Shown: positions 51,840-61,800 of the stretch, one piece after another
Layout: every line of letters begins with the position of its first letter
How positions within the stretch are numbered: the first letter of the stretch is position 1
Origin: Oscillospiraceae bacterium
GTDB lineage: Bacteria; Bacillota; Clostridia; Oscillospirales; CAG-272
Assembly: GCA_015063685.1 (NCBI GenBank)
Contig: SVTR01000004.1
Span: forward strand, 3,826-67,825
Length of the DNA stretch: 64,000 nucleotides
Direction of reading: 5' to 3'
The notes under the pieces: generated by a model
What the model was told of the DNA's origin: nothing
Database searches by the model: none
Seen by the model: only the letters and a program-made list of their open reading frames with translations
Program-made: the position numbers and the translations under genes

Positions 51840-53210
51840 CTACCAAGTATCCTCTTCCTTCACGGTCTTGGCATTGGGATCATACTTCTTCATGAGCCCA
51901 TACACTCGATCGTCTACGGTGGCTACCACGGTGACGGCATCGTAGCCGTAGTCTACCGATTCCACGGCGGCTTGCTCGGAGTAGAGGCGGGACAAAGCCC
52001 CTTGCTCGGCGTTGGGAATCACGAAGGTTACGGTGCGCTTTCCGCGGCGGATGATATCCTGAATGGCCTCGGCTAACTCGTCGCATCCCTGACCTGTCAA
52101 GGCTGAGATACACACGGCACGTTTTTGACCGTCGCGGCCGCTGACCTTGTTGGCGGTCACATCCATGAGGCTGACGGCGTCCCCAAAGGCACGGTCACAC
52201 TTGTTAAACACGTACAGGGTAGGCTTACCGCCCGCGCCCAGCTCGTCCAAAAGCTGCTCGGTGACCTCCAGTTGGGAAGCGCACTCAGGGTCGGAAGCAT
52301 CCAGCAGGAGCATGATGATGTCGGCGTAAACCGCTTCCTCCAGGGTGGAGCGGAAGGCATTGACCAGATGGTGGGGGAGCTTTTTGATAAAGCCAACGGT
52401 GTCGGTCAAGAGGACGGACTCACCGCTTGGCAGGGTGAACTTGCGGGTGGTGGGATCTAGGGTGGCGAAGAGCTTGTCCTCCGCCAAAATGCCCGCACCC
52501 GTCAGGGTATTGAGCAGGGTGGATTTGCCTGCGTTGGTGTAGCCCACGATGGCGATCTTGGGCACGCCGCTTCTGTCGCGGGAAGCACGCATGGTGCGGC
52601 GGTTCTTCTCCACCACCTCAAGCTCAGCCTTCAGGGCGTCGATGCGGCGTTTCATGTGCCGTCTGTCGCTTTCCAGCTTGGACTCACCGGGGCCTCGGGT
52701 GCCGATACCACCGCCCAAACGGGACATTTCGATACCGTGACCCGTAAGCCGTGGAGCTGTATATTGCAGCTGTGCCAGCTCCACCTGCAGCTTACCCTCG
52801 GAGGTCACGGCGTGGAGGGCGAATATATCCAGAATCAAAATGGAGCGGTCAATGACGCGGAGGTTGTCCCCTCCGATGTCATCCTCCAGATTGCGGATCT
52901 GCACGGGAGAAAGATCGCAGTCGAAGACCACAAGGCCTATATCATTGTTGTGGCAGAGATCAGCCAACTCTTTGACCTTGCCCGAGCCAATGAGGGTGCG
53001 GGGATCGGGGGTAGTCTTTTGGATCATGCGGGCGAAGGTCTCGCCCCCTGCGGTGTCCAAGAGACGTTCCAACTCGTCCAGGGATTTTTCGGCCTCCTCA
53101 ATACTGTCAGCGGCGGTGCGCTCCTCGCGGGCAACCACGCCCACAAGGACGGCCTTGATGGGGGATTCGTTTTCACCCTTGGATATAATGGTGTTTTTAT
53201 TTTCAGACAT
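51840..53210 (-). CDS. hflX: GTPase HflX
   Basis: GYTNAGKSTLLN, DTVGF and NKCD. The HflX N-terminal domain is present. Confidence 0.9.
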   Translation of the reverse strand: MSENKNTIISKGENESPIKAVLVGVVAREERTAADSIEEAEKSLDELERLLDTAGGETFARMIQKTTPDPRTLIGSGKVKELADLCHNNDIGLVVFDCDLSPVQIRNLEDDIGGDNLRVIDRSILILDIFALHAVTSEGKLQVELAQLQYTAPRLTGHGIEMSRLGGGIGTRGPGESKLESDRRHMKRRIDALKAELEVVEKNRRTMRASRDRSGVPKIAIVGYTNAGKSTLLNTLTGAGILAEDKLFATLDPTTRKFTLPSGESVLLTDTVGFIKKLPHHLVNAFRSTLEEAVYADIIMLLLDASDPECASQLEVTEQLLDELGAGGKPTLYVFNKCDRAFGDAVSLMDVTANKVSGRDGQKRAVCISALTGQGCDELAEAIQDIIRRGKRTVTFVIPNAEQGALSRLYSEQAAVESVDYGYDAVTVVATVDDRVYGLMKKYDPNAKTVKEEDTW

Positions 53211-53245
53211 ATAAATTCCTCTCTTATAGATATGGGCTGTAACAT

Positions 53246-54066
53246 AAATTGTTGTTTACCACCTGCGGTGGGGCTTTGGCTCGGGGTAGTGCATCCTGTG
53301 CTAGATACATCACGCGATGGATGGTTAGGCAGATAAATTGTTGTTTATATTCTTCTCAACTTTTCTCTCCACGGCGAGAGAAAAGTTGCAAAAGAAGCGC
53401 CGCTTAGTGCAGAACCTACGGTTCTCCCTAAGAACCCAACTCCCTCGTGACGCTAGCCGTTTGGCAAAGGCCAAACGGACAACAGCGTGTTTTTTGTCAG
53501 CCACCGGCGATGGCCCGCCCCCACGGCGGAGCGCCTCGGGGCTCATCGAAAAGCCGATTGACATATTTCTGTTGGTCGAACAAGGGAATGTTCAGGGTCA
53601 AGTGGCGAAGCTACAGTTCTGATGGCGAATGGACAAATGTTGTTGTTTTTCAATCAAACGATTATCTCTCGCCGTGAGAACTATGGATTCGATACTATTT
53701 TTCAATATTGAATTTCTTCAAACTCACTAACGCTTTCTGAACGGCACGGTATGAGCCTCAAGGCGCTCCGCCGCAGGGGCGGGCTATCGGCGTTGGCTGA
53801 CACAAAACACGCGATAGCCGCTCCACTCCCTTTCGGGGAGCGGCGTGCGTCACGAGGGAGTTGGGTTCTTAGGGAGAACCGTAGGTTCTGCACTAAGCGG
53901 CGTTCTTTTGAGCCGCTTGCGGCGTCTTTTCATGCCGCCGTGGGCAGAAAAGTGGAAAGAATGCTAAACAACAATTTACCTGCCCAACTACCCATCGCGT
54001 GACGCATTAGGTAGAGGATGCACTACCCCGAGCGATGGCCGCGGCACGGCCGCCAAACAACAATTT
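53246..54066. repeat. Nested palindromic non-coding repeat locus B (one 88-nt unit on each side of long-armed element copy 2)
   Basis: Forward AAATTGTTGTTT at 53246 and 53335. Reverse AAACAACAATTT at 53966-53977 and 54055-54066. Confidence 0.8.
53335..53977 (+). mobile_element. Long-armed palindromic element, copy 2
   Basis: Same L arm, core and R arm order and orientation as copy 1. The core reads identical by eye, and the copies differ mainly in small hairpin cassettes inside the arms. Confidence 0.6.
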
Positions 54067-54091
54067 ATCGTCTCACCAATTCCACAATTTA

Positions 54092-54135
54092 ATAAAAGCA
54101 AAAGGACAGGACGCATACAGCGCACCTGTCCTTTT
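54092..54135 (-). terminator. Rho-independent terminator after rpmE
   Basis: AAAAGGACAGG-loop-CCTGTCCTTTT, followed by GCTTTTATT on the minus strand. Confidence 0.65.
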
Positions 54136-54193
54136 ATCGGTTGACATATTGCCCCCGTGGAAGCATAGGCATCCCACAGGCTCCAAGGAGAGA

Positions 54194-54403
54194 TTACTGC
54201 TTGATACCGGCCAGTCTCTTCTTGAACTTATCCACACGACCGCCAACGTCGACAAACTTCTGCTTGCCGGTGTAGAAGGGGTGGCACTTGGAGCAAATTT
54301 CAACACGCATCTCGCTACCCTTGGTAGAACGAGAAACGACAGTCTCGCCGCAGGCGCACTTGATGGTGCACTCAACGTACTCAGGATGGATACCGTTCTT
54401 CAT
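54194..54403 (-). CDS. rpmE: 50S ribosomal protein L31 (zinc-binding type A)
   Basis: [25 protein letters not shown]. Start taken at the third codon of listed ORF 54194..54409 because of the spacing from GAGG. Confidence 0.9.
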   Translation of the reverse strand: MKNGIHPEYVECTIKCACGETVVSRSTKGSEMRVEICSKCHPFYTGKQKFVDVGGRVDKFKKRLAGIKQ

Positions 54404-54464
54404 TTTCATTTACCTCACTCTTAAATTTCTCATGTTCTTTGACATGGGGTACAAAAGCCTATAT

Positions 54465-54493
54465 ATTATAGCACAAAGGATTTCAAAATGCAA
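54465..54493 (-). promoter_or_regulatory. Sigma-A type promoter for rpmE
   Basis: On the minus strand: TTGCAT, 17 nt, TATAAT, with an upstream TGC. Confidence 0.6.
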
Positions 54494-54557
54494 GGGGTTT
54501 TTGAAATTTTCCCAAAAAACTTTTTTCCTCGCTGCGGATTTGCCCTTTGAGGAAACC

Positions 54558-55004
54558 TCATGCGTCCTTTTTCATACGTGCCGTCCCGCCGCCGTCCTCC
54601 GCGATCAGCCCTTGCTCTATACAGTAGGAGAGGATGGACCGTCGGGTGATGATGCCCATGAACATATCGCGGTCATCTACGACGGGAACAAAGTTTTGCT
54701 CCAGGGCGCGGGTCAGCAGGGCCTCTACGTTAGCGGTGATACGAACGGGCGGCATGCGGTCTTGGGAGATGATATCGTCGATCCGCGCCTGCTCCAGATC
54801 ATGGGTCTCCAGACTCCCCATGCTCATGATGTTCCAAAGAAAGTCACCCTCGCTGATACAACCGCGGTAGCGGCCGTCTCTGGAGATCACGGGGATGGCG
54901 GTGTAGCCGTGTCGGTGCAATTTTTCCATGCCTTGACGGAAACTGCTACCCTCCACAAGATAGGCCACCTGACTTTTGGGTTTCAGTAAAAATGCAATGT
55001 TCAT
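54558..55004 (-). CDS. CBS domain pair protein
   Basis: 148 aa with two CBS-like repeats (IPVISRDGRYRGCISEGD and VPVVDDRDMFMGIITRRS). Confidence 0.8.
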   Translation of the reverse strand: MNIAFLLKPKSQVAYLVEGSSFRQGMEKLHRHGYTAIPVISRDGRYRGCISEGDFLWNIMSMGSLETHDLEQARIDDIISQDRMPPVRITANVEALLTRALEQNFVPVVDDRDMFMGIITRRSILSYCIEQGLIAEDGGGTARMKKDA

Positions 55005-55232
55005 GCTATATCAGCCCCTCCCAGAGCTGTGTTCGTTGGGGCGGCTTGTGGGTATGTCCCACAAGTACAGTCCACGGCCGAAGGGCTTTTTCCGCCAAAA
55101 TCGCGGAAAGCCTTGGCGTGTCCGTTGGCTTATCGGTCGGTACTTCGATTGTATGTGATTGTGTCATCAAAATAGACCGTCTTAGCTCAAAAGATGGCGA
55201 GGACTCAGCAAAGCATGATATTGGAATAGGGA

Positions 55233-56729
55233 TCAGCGACCTCTGCGCTTCAGCCAGATCCCAAGACCCGTGCCAAGGAGAGCCAGGGGCAGAACGACCA
55301 CGGTCATCAGACCTACTACGATGGCAGAGGTTGTGGTTACGCCGTCCAGCACGGGGACAGAGAGGTTGGCCGCGCTGAGGGTGGAATAAATGGAGGTGAA
55401 TCTTTCGTCCTCCACCATCCAGCGCAGAGACATCATGAGATAATAGTAGTTGCCGTGGCTTGCGGCCTTGGCATATTCGTCTGTAAACGCCTTTTCGGAG
55501 GCGAACCAGGTCATATAGGCCTGATCCTTGGTGCCGTCTCCGGCCTCGGTTTCCATGATGCCGCAAGCAGCCACGAATTGAGCGGAAGCGCTGCACAAAG
55601 GCGTCTTGGCGCTGTCCTCGGATACCCGATAGCCGCTTTCAGAGGTGCCCAGCAGCACTTGGGTCTCAACGCCGGAGGGCAGGGGATCGGTAAAGGCGAT
55701 ACCCATGGATTCGGGCATATAAGCGAGATATCCCATAGATCCTACAGCGTTCATGGCGGCGTGATTGGAATTGATGAGAGGTACCAGAAGATGGGCCTCT
55801 CCGTTGTGATAGCTGGTGTTGGTATCTACCACCATACCGTCGGTGGGACTCATACCAAAGAGGGCGCAGACCGACGCCAGGTTTTCAAAGCCCGAGGAGG
55901 CGGGGCCGCTGACCAGGAGGAAGGAACCGCCGTTTTTGATATAGGCCTTGAGAATATCGGCCTCGTGCTCGGTCAGATCGCTTGTGGGGGAGAAAAGGAT
56001 GATGCATCCGGCATCCTCGGGGAAGGTGGTTTCCTTCCCAAGATCCAACTCCGTGGGCGCAAGATCCGCATTGCTGAAAACCTCATGCAGGGTTTTGGAG
56101 AGGGTCTGCTTTCCTTCGCCTGTCAGGATATAGGGACGGGGGATCAAGGGCTGGGTCACATAATCCAGAGCCGAGGTCAGGAGGGCCTCACCCTTGAAGT
56201 AACGGGTGGTGGCGGCCTGATCCATATCGGTGCTGTAAAGGTTATGGTAATAAGTGTACTCAGCCTCTGTCATTTCATAAGTATAGCCCACACCGGAGTT
56301 GATGAATTCATTGACATAATAATACATATCCGAGGCGTCAATGATCTGATAGCGGCGCCCACTCTCTACGATGAGACTGCCGTTGCTCACGGTTCGGGAG
56401 GTATACTTCTTGAGAAAATCGGGAGACGTGGAGGGATTGACGGATCTAAGGGAAAGATGATCGCTGGCATTCAGATAATTGAGCAGGAACATGCTCATGG
56501 ATTCATTGGGTAGCTCATTTTCATAAATCCAGTAGATGGTGATATCCTCGTCTATGCCTGCGACGAAATTCTTTGTATCTCGGGAAACCTTGTGCATTTC
56601 AACGCCGGTGACGTCAAAGCGGGTGAAATCCGAGGGGATTTGATAGGCAAGCACGCTGATGAGTATGGCGGCACAGAGGACAGCCGCGCTGATTACAAAG
56701 GCGCGGACAGGTTTATGAAAGCTTTTCAT
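55233..56729 (-). CDS. GldG-like auxiliary component of an ABC-2 transport system
   Basis: N-terminal and C-terminal TM anchors around a large extracytoplasmic domain. It directly follows the ABC-2 permease and ATPase genes. RBS AAGGAGG. Confidence 0.7.
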   Translation of the reverse strand: MKSFHKPVRAFVISAAVLCAAILISVLAYQIPSDFTRFDVTGVEMHKVSRDTKNFVAGIDEDITIYWIYENELPNESMSMFLLNYLNASDHLSLRSVNPSTSPDFLKKYTSRTVSNGSLIVESGRRYQIIDASDMYYYVNEFINSGVGYTYEMTEAEYTYYHNLYSTDMDQAATTRYFKGEALLTSALDYVTQPLIPRPYILTGEGKQTLSKTLHEVFSNADLAPTELDLGKETTFPEDAGCIILFSPTSDLTEHEADILKAYIKNGGSFLLVSGPASSGFENLASVCALFGMSPTDGMVVDTNTSYHNGEAHLLVPLINSNHAAMNAVGSMGYLAYMPESMGIAFTDPLPSGVETQVLLGTSESGYRVSEDSAKTPLCSASAQFVAACGIMETEAGDGTKDQAYMTWFASEKAFTDEYAKAASHGNYYYLMMSLRWMVEDERFTSIYSTLSAANLSVPVLDGVTTTSAIVVGLMTVVVLPLALLGTGLGIWLKRRGR

Positions 56730-56745
56730 GGTGTCTGTCCTCCTT

Positions 56746-57630
56746 TCAAGCCTGGCGACGCTTGTGCTCGGACCGGACGGTCAGGAACACGAAAAATGCT
56801 GCAAAGACCAAAAGCACAACGACGGAATACAGATCTACAAAGCCGCTCTGCACGACCCATTCGTATTGGTAGAACGGCGAAAACTGGAAGGCGATGAAGG
56901 GGAACAGGCCCTCATAAAGCCCCCATTTCAGTACCATGTCCAAAAGATAGGAAACGCAAAGGACAAGGGCCGCTGCGGCGGCGGTAATACAGGTGGCGGC
57001 TACGTTTTTGGTAGAGAACCACGCGATGGCTATTCCGATCAACGCGACCACGCCGAAACAGATGAAGGAAGCCGGGGCAGAATAGGGGAGATAGCTGATC
57101 AGGGTGGGGGCGAAGTACAGCACAACGCAGGTGGCCATACCCGTGACGGCGGCCACGGACTTGAATTTCGTCAGAGACGAGATGAACAGGCAGAGAGCCA
57201 GAAGCGCCGCGCCAAGGAAGAAATACATCAGAATGGTGGTGTATGCCCACGCGAAGTTGACCTTTCCGAAGGTGCTGAGCAACAGGGGGTAAAGGGCTAT
57301 GATGACCATGGGCACGGCAAACACGGTCAGAAGCGCCAGATACTTACCCAGGATCACAGTCAGGGGCTTCAGGGGAAGCGCACGGTAGAGCATGTCTGTT
57401 CCGTGCTTTCGGTCATCTGCCATGCTTCTCATGCAAAGGATGGGCACCATCAGCATGAGCACGTATTCACAATAACCGCCGGACCAGGCATAGGCCAGAT
57501 CCGCCAGGCCATAATTTAAGTTGATGATAAACATCATAGCGCCCATCACCACCAGCAAAACCGCGGCAAACAAAAAGCCGTATACGTTGTTCAGATAGGC
57601 TTTGATTTCACGTTTATATACTGCGATCAT
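56746..57630 (-). CDS. ABC-2 type transporter permease
   Basis: Six predicted TM helices. Start chosen at MIAVYKREIKAY (ATG 57630); the listed ORF extends to 57651. Confidence 0.75.
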   Translation of the reverse strand: MIAVYKREIKAYLNNVYGFLFAAVLLVVMGAMMFIINLNYGLADLAYAWSGGYCEYVLMLMVPILCMRSMADDRKHGTDMLYRALPLKPLTVILGKYLALLTVFAVPMVIIALYPLLLSTFGKVNFAWAYTTILMYFFLGAALLALCLFISSLTKFKSVAAVTGMATCVVLYFAPTLISYLPYSAPASFICFGVVALIGIAIAWFSTKNVAATCITAAAAALVLCVSYLLDMVLKWGLYEGLFPFIAFQFSPFYQYEWVVQSGFVDLYSVVVLLVFAAFFVFLTVRSEHKRRQA

Positions 57631-57631
57631 A

Positions 57632-58606
57632 TCAGTCTGTATCCTCCTCATACTCCGCCTCTTGTACCTCGTCGGCCGCTTGAGTCAAGGTCAGAAAAGC
57701 TTCCTCCAAGGATTGGTCATTGGTTTCCACGGACAGCACGGTATGCCGTGCCTGGGTCAAAGCGAAGGTCAGCCGATTGCCAACCCCCGGCGCGCCGTCG
57801 GTGACCACTCGAAGCTCGGCGGATTCTGCGGTTGCTTTCATAACGGTGACGGACAGAACGCCCTTGACCTCCCCCAGTAGCTCCCGTACCCCCGCGCCGT
57901 CTCCTTGGATCGTGACGGTCAGGGCAGAGGCATCCTCGGGACAATCCAGCATTTCGGGAACGTCATCGGCGATCACCCGTCCCTCGGACAGGATGATGAT
58001 GTGGTCACAGTAGGAGCGGATATCTGCCAGCACGTGGCTTGACACCAGCACGCTTTTGGTTTGTCCCAGCTTTTGAATCAGCTCCCTGATCTCAACGACC
58101 TGCCTGGGATCCAGTCCTTCGGTGGGCTCGTCCAGCAGAATGACGTCGGGGGCGCCCATCAATGCCTGAGCCAGCCCCACCTTTTGGCAATAGCCTCGGG
58201 ACAGGTTGCGGATGAGACGATCCTGTACGCCGAGAAGCCCCGTCACAGATAGAGCTTCCTTGATTTGGGCGTGAAGGCTTTCGCCCTTGACTCCCCGGGC
58301 AAGCCCCACGAATTCCAATGCCTCGTAAGGCGTCAAATCGGGGAACAGCGCCGGATCCTCGGGGAGATAACCGATTTGTTTTTTTGCCGCGAGGGGCATT
58401 TTGGCAATATCATAGCCGTTGATGAGCACCAGTCCCTCGGTGGGCTCCAGTGCCCCTGCGATCACGTTCATGAGGGTGGATTTTCCGGCTCCCCGAGGCC
58501 CCAACAGGCCGTATATTTTTCTGTTTCTGACCGTAAAGCTGACATCGCTCAAGGCCGCTATGGGATTTGAGTCGTAATGTACGGTTACGTTTTTGATTTC
58601 TACCAA
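57632..58606 (-). CDS. ABC transporter ATP-binding protein
   Basis: Walker A GPRGAGKST, signature LSRGYCQ and Walker B ILLDEP. TTG start 7 nt after GGAGGA. Confidence 0.88.
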   Translation of the reverse strand: MVEIKNVTVHYDSNPIAALSDVSFTVRNRKIYGLLGPRGAGKSTLMNVIAGALEPTEGLVLINGYDIAKMPLAAKKQIGYLPEDPALFPDLTPYEALEFVGLARGVKGESLHAQIKEALSVTGLLGVQDRLIRNLSRGYCQKVGLAQALMGAPDVILLDEPTEGLDPRQVVEIRELIQKLGQTKSVLVSSHVLADIRSYCDHIIILSEGRVIADDVPEMLDCPEDASALTVTIQGDGAGVRELLGEVKGVLSVTVMKATAESAELRVVTDGAPGVGNRLTFALTQARHTVLSVETNDQSLEEAFLTLTQAADEVQEAEYEEDTD

Positions 58607-58658
58607 AGCTCATTCCTCCGTGTATTCGGTATGCGGCATGCCGCATATATCTACCTAT

Positions 58659-58688
58659 ATTATACATCATACACCTGTGAAGTGTCAA
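58659..58688 (-). promoter_or_regulatory. Sigma-A type promoter for the ABC-2 operon
   Basis: On the minus strand: TTGACA, 18 nt, TATAAT, with an upstream TG. Confidence 0.5.
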
Positions 58689-58758
58689 GGGGCTGATACA
58701 TTTTTGACGGTTTTATGATTTTGTATCTGTGAAAAAATTCTTTCGATTGGGGGATACA

Positions 58759-58792
58759 ACAAAAGGACCGGATCCATCTCAGGATCCGGTCC
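58759..58792 (-). terminator. Rho-independent terminator after the 1090-aa surface protein gene
   Basis: GGACCGGATCC-loop-GGATCCGGTCC, followed by TTTTGTTG on the minus strand. Confidence 0.65.
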
Positions 58793-58821
58793 TCGGATGT
58801 CGGAAGAAACGGGCTTCGGGA

Positions 58822-61800
58822 TTATGCCTCGTCGTCCTTCTTCTTCTTGGCAAGAGCGATAGCAGCAGCGGCGGCAGCCGTGCCGATCACGCCCAGGGAT
58901 GCGGAAATGGTAGAACCACAGCCCTCCTCTACAGGAGCGGTATCGCTACCCGTGGCGGTGTCGACGGCAACGGAACCGTCAGCCTGACCTTCGGTTGTCT
59001 TTTCATCCTCCGCCTTGGTCTCGGCTTGAGTGTCTACGGTTGCTGCGGTATCCTTTTCGGCCTCGGTATCAGCCTCAGTGACAGCCTCGGTCTCAGCCCC
59101 AGATTCAGCATCGGTGGCAGCCTCGGTATCCTCAGAGGGCTCAGTCTCGGGCTCTGCGTCGGGGGTAGTCTCGGGCTCGGTTTCGGTATCGGTGACATTA
59201 CCGGTAGCGTTTGCCTCGGTGGAGATATAGCTGTACTTGAAGCGTGCGCCGGGAGCTACGTCGCCGGAGATGTAGAAGTCCATGATATCGCCGGAGAACT
59301 TGGTGTCGTCGCCCTCGTCGTGGACGTTGTCGGTCCAAGAGAAGTTGATGGTGTAGTCGTTGCCGGAAAGGCCCAGATCGGACTTGGCCACCTTCACGGT
59401 CATGTAGCGGCCGTCCACCTTGTACTCGCAGTCAACTACCTTTTCGGAAGCGTAACCCTCGCCGGTGAACTTCTCCAGCACTACGGTCTCAGCGGAAGCG
59501 GCGGACTTGTTGACGACGTATTCAAAGGTCTCCCAGCCCTGATTGGCCTGGTCGGTGTCGATGTAGAGATTCATCCACAGGTTGTCGGTATAGGGGGTGA
59601 TGTCCTCGGCGCACTCCACGTGGAAGTAGACGTACTCGTCATCGCGGGCGATCTGCGCGCCGATGATATCATTACGACCGGAGGTTTCGGTATAGACCAG
59701 CGTACCGTAGCCGGGGGCGTTTCTATCCTCGGTGTTGCCGATGTAGGCGGCGTAGTAGGGCTCAACGCTTTCCCACTGATCATGACCTGCGGCCATGTCG
59801 ATGGTGGCGCTCAGGCTGGGGGTGGGGATGGCGCGGGCGCCCTTGAACTGACGAACGTAGTTCACCAGTTGATAGTAATAGTGATCCTTCAGCGCACCCT
59901 TGGTGGGCTCGATGTCGCGGGAGAATTCGTCATTGTACTGATCGGGGAAAGCGTTTTCCACGGCGGCGGGGTTGCCCTCGTTTTCGGGCCATACCTCATA
60001 GCGACCTACGCGGAACTCATTCCAGCCGGTAACGAAGATGACCTTGGGATCTACCTCCAGAGCATACTCGAACTGCTCCGCGAAGTTGTAGCCCCACTTG
60101 GAGGCCTCAGCACCCTCCACCTCGTAGCGGTTGGGGTACTTGGAGGTATAGGAACGGCCGGCGATGTGGTTGCCGCTCATAGCGGCCAGCATCTTGTTCT
60201 CGTAGTCGTGGTTCATAGCGATGCCGACGGTCATTTGCTCCACGATACCCTTTCTCGCATCACCTTTGTTGGCGTAGTAGAGCGCCTGAGGATACATAGA
60301 CAGCCAACCCCAGTTGGCGTAAGCGGTCTTGTCTACCACGTAACCGGGCTGACCTGCGCGGAAGGTGAAGAAATTAGAGATCTCCTTCTCCACGGGAGAG
60401 GCGGAGGGCTTTACGGAGTTCTTGATCGCCATGAGCATGGGCTTATCATCCCAGTAGAACCACAGATTGTTCCACTTGCCCGCGCGGAAAATATCCAGGT
60501 ATAGGGATTGGAGCTGGGTGTTGGTGTAGCTTTCATCCCAGAAGGGCAGCATGAAGGATACCTTGGGGGCTTTCAGACCGTCCTCCATGGCGTCGGACCA
60601 TTCCTCCATGAGGGGGGTGTAGGCGTTGCGCCAGGTCATCTCGGCATTGGTGTTGTCGGTGAAGATCACGTCTACGCCCGCGTTGGTGAGCAGCTCTGCC
60701 TGCTTGCGGAGCACCCACTTGTCATCGCCGCGGTAGAAGCCGTAGATGGACTCGTTCCACCAGTAGGAGGTGGTTTTCAGATCCTTCCAAAGCGGATTGT
60801 CCCAGTCGCGCATGGCATCGGGGTACTGCTCGGAGAGCTTTTGCAGGTTGGCGGGGACGTCATTGGTAAAGCCGTCAATGTGCCAGGTCCAGTAGAACAT
60901 AGCCAGGGTCTTGTCATCCTTGAGATCGCCAACGTCAGCGTTGGTCAGGGACACACGGCCCAAACCGTCGGTAAATACCCAGGTGTCGGGCATGACGGGG
61001 TGAGTGTAAATGAGGCTATCCTCAGGGATGACGTAAGCGGGGGGCGCTACGTGGTCGCCCGTGACCGTGTCTTCGGGCTTTTCACATTCCATAAAAAATT
61101 CATCCTTTTCTTCGTTGAATATGATCTGCATGATGGGGTACTGAATATTGGTCTCCACAGGGAAGCCGTCGCGATAGACATAGCCCTTGAAGTTTTCCAC
61201 ATTGTTGTAGACGTACATCGCGGGAGCTTTGTTGTAGTTGTGGGCGATGAACAGGTAGTCACCTGCAGGCACCTCGTCAAAGGTGACACCCTGCATGGCG
61301 TTGTCTACCATCTTGACGCGGCCCGTGGCTACGGGATCCTCGGACACAGTCTTTTCATAGGTGCCCTTCCAGGCGTAGACCGACATATCTACTTCCATAT
61401 CGGTGGCCATGTAGGTAGCCATTTTGAACTGCACACCCACGAAGGAGGAGGCCACGTTCAGACGCATACCGAAGGGACCGTTCATGTTGAAAACAGCTTC
61501 ACCGGTGTTGCCGGTGTAGGGGTACTTGATGTTGCGGATTTCGCCGGAGGGCTCGCAATTGCCGAAGGGCTCCAGCATAGGATTGGTCATTCTGATCTTC
61601 AATTCGGGTTCTCCTCTCTGCTCAAGTCCGTTGAGGTACAAAAAGCCTTTGGAATCCGAGGGGCTCATGTTGGTCCATACACCCACGTCGGCACCGCCGT
61701 CGGAGATGTGGAACAGATACTCACCGGCGGGCTGGGGATCAAACTCCACCCAGTGATACTGGCCGTCCTTCAAAGGATTGTATGCCTGCTTGGCAATAGG

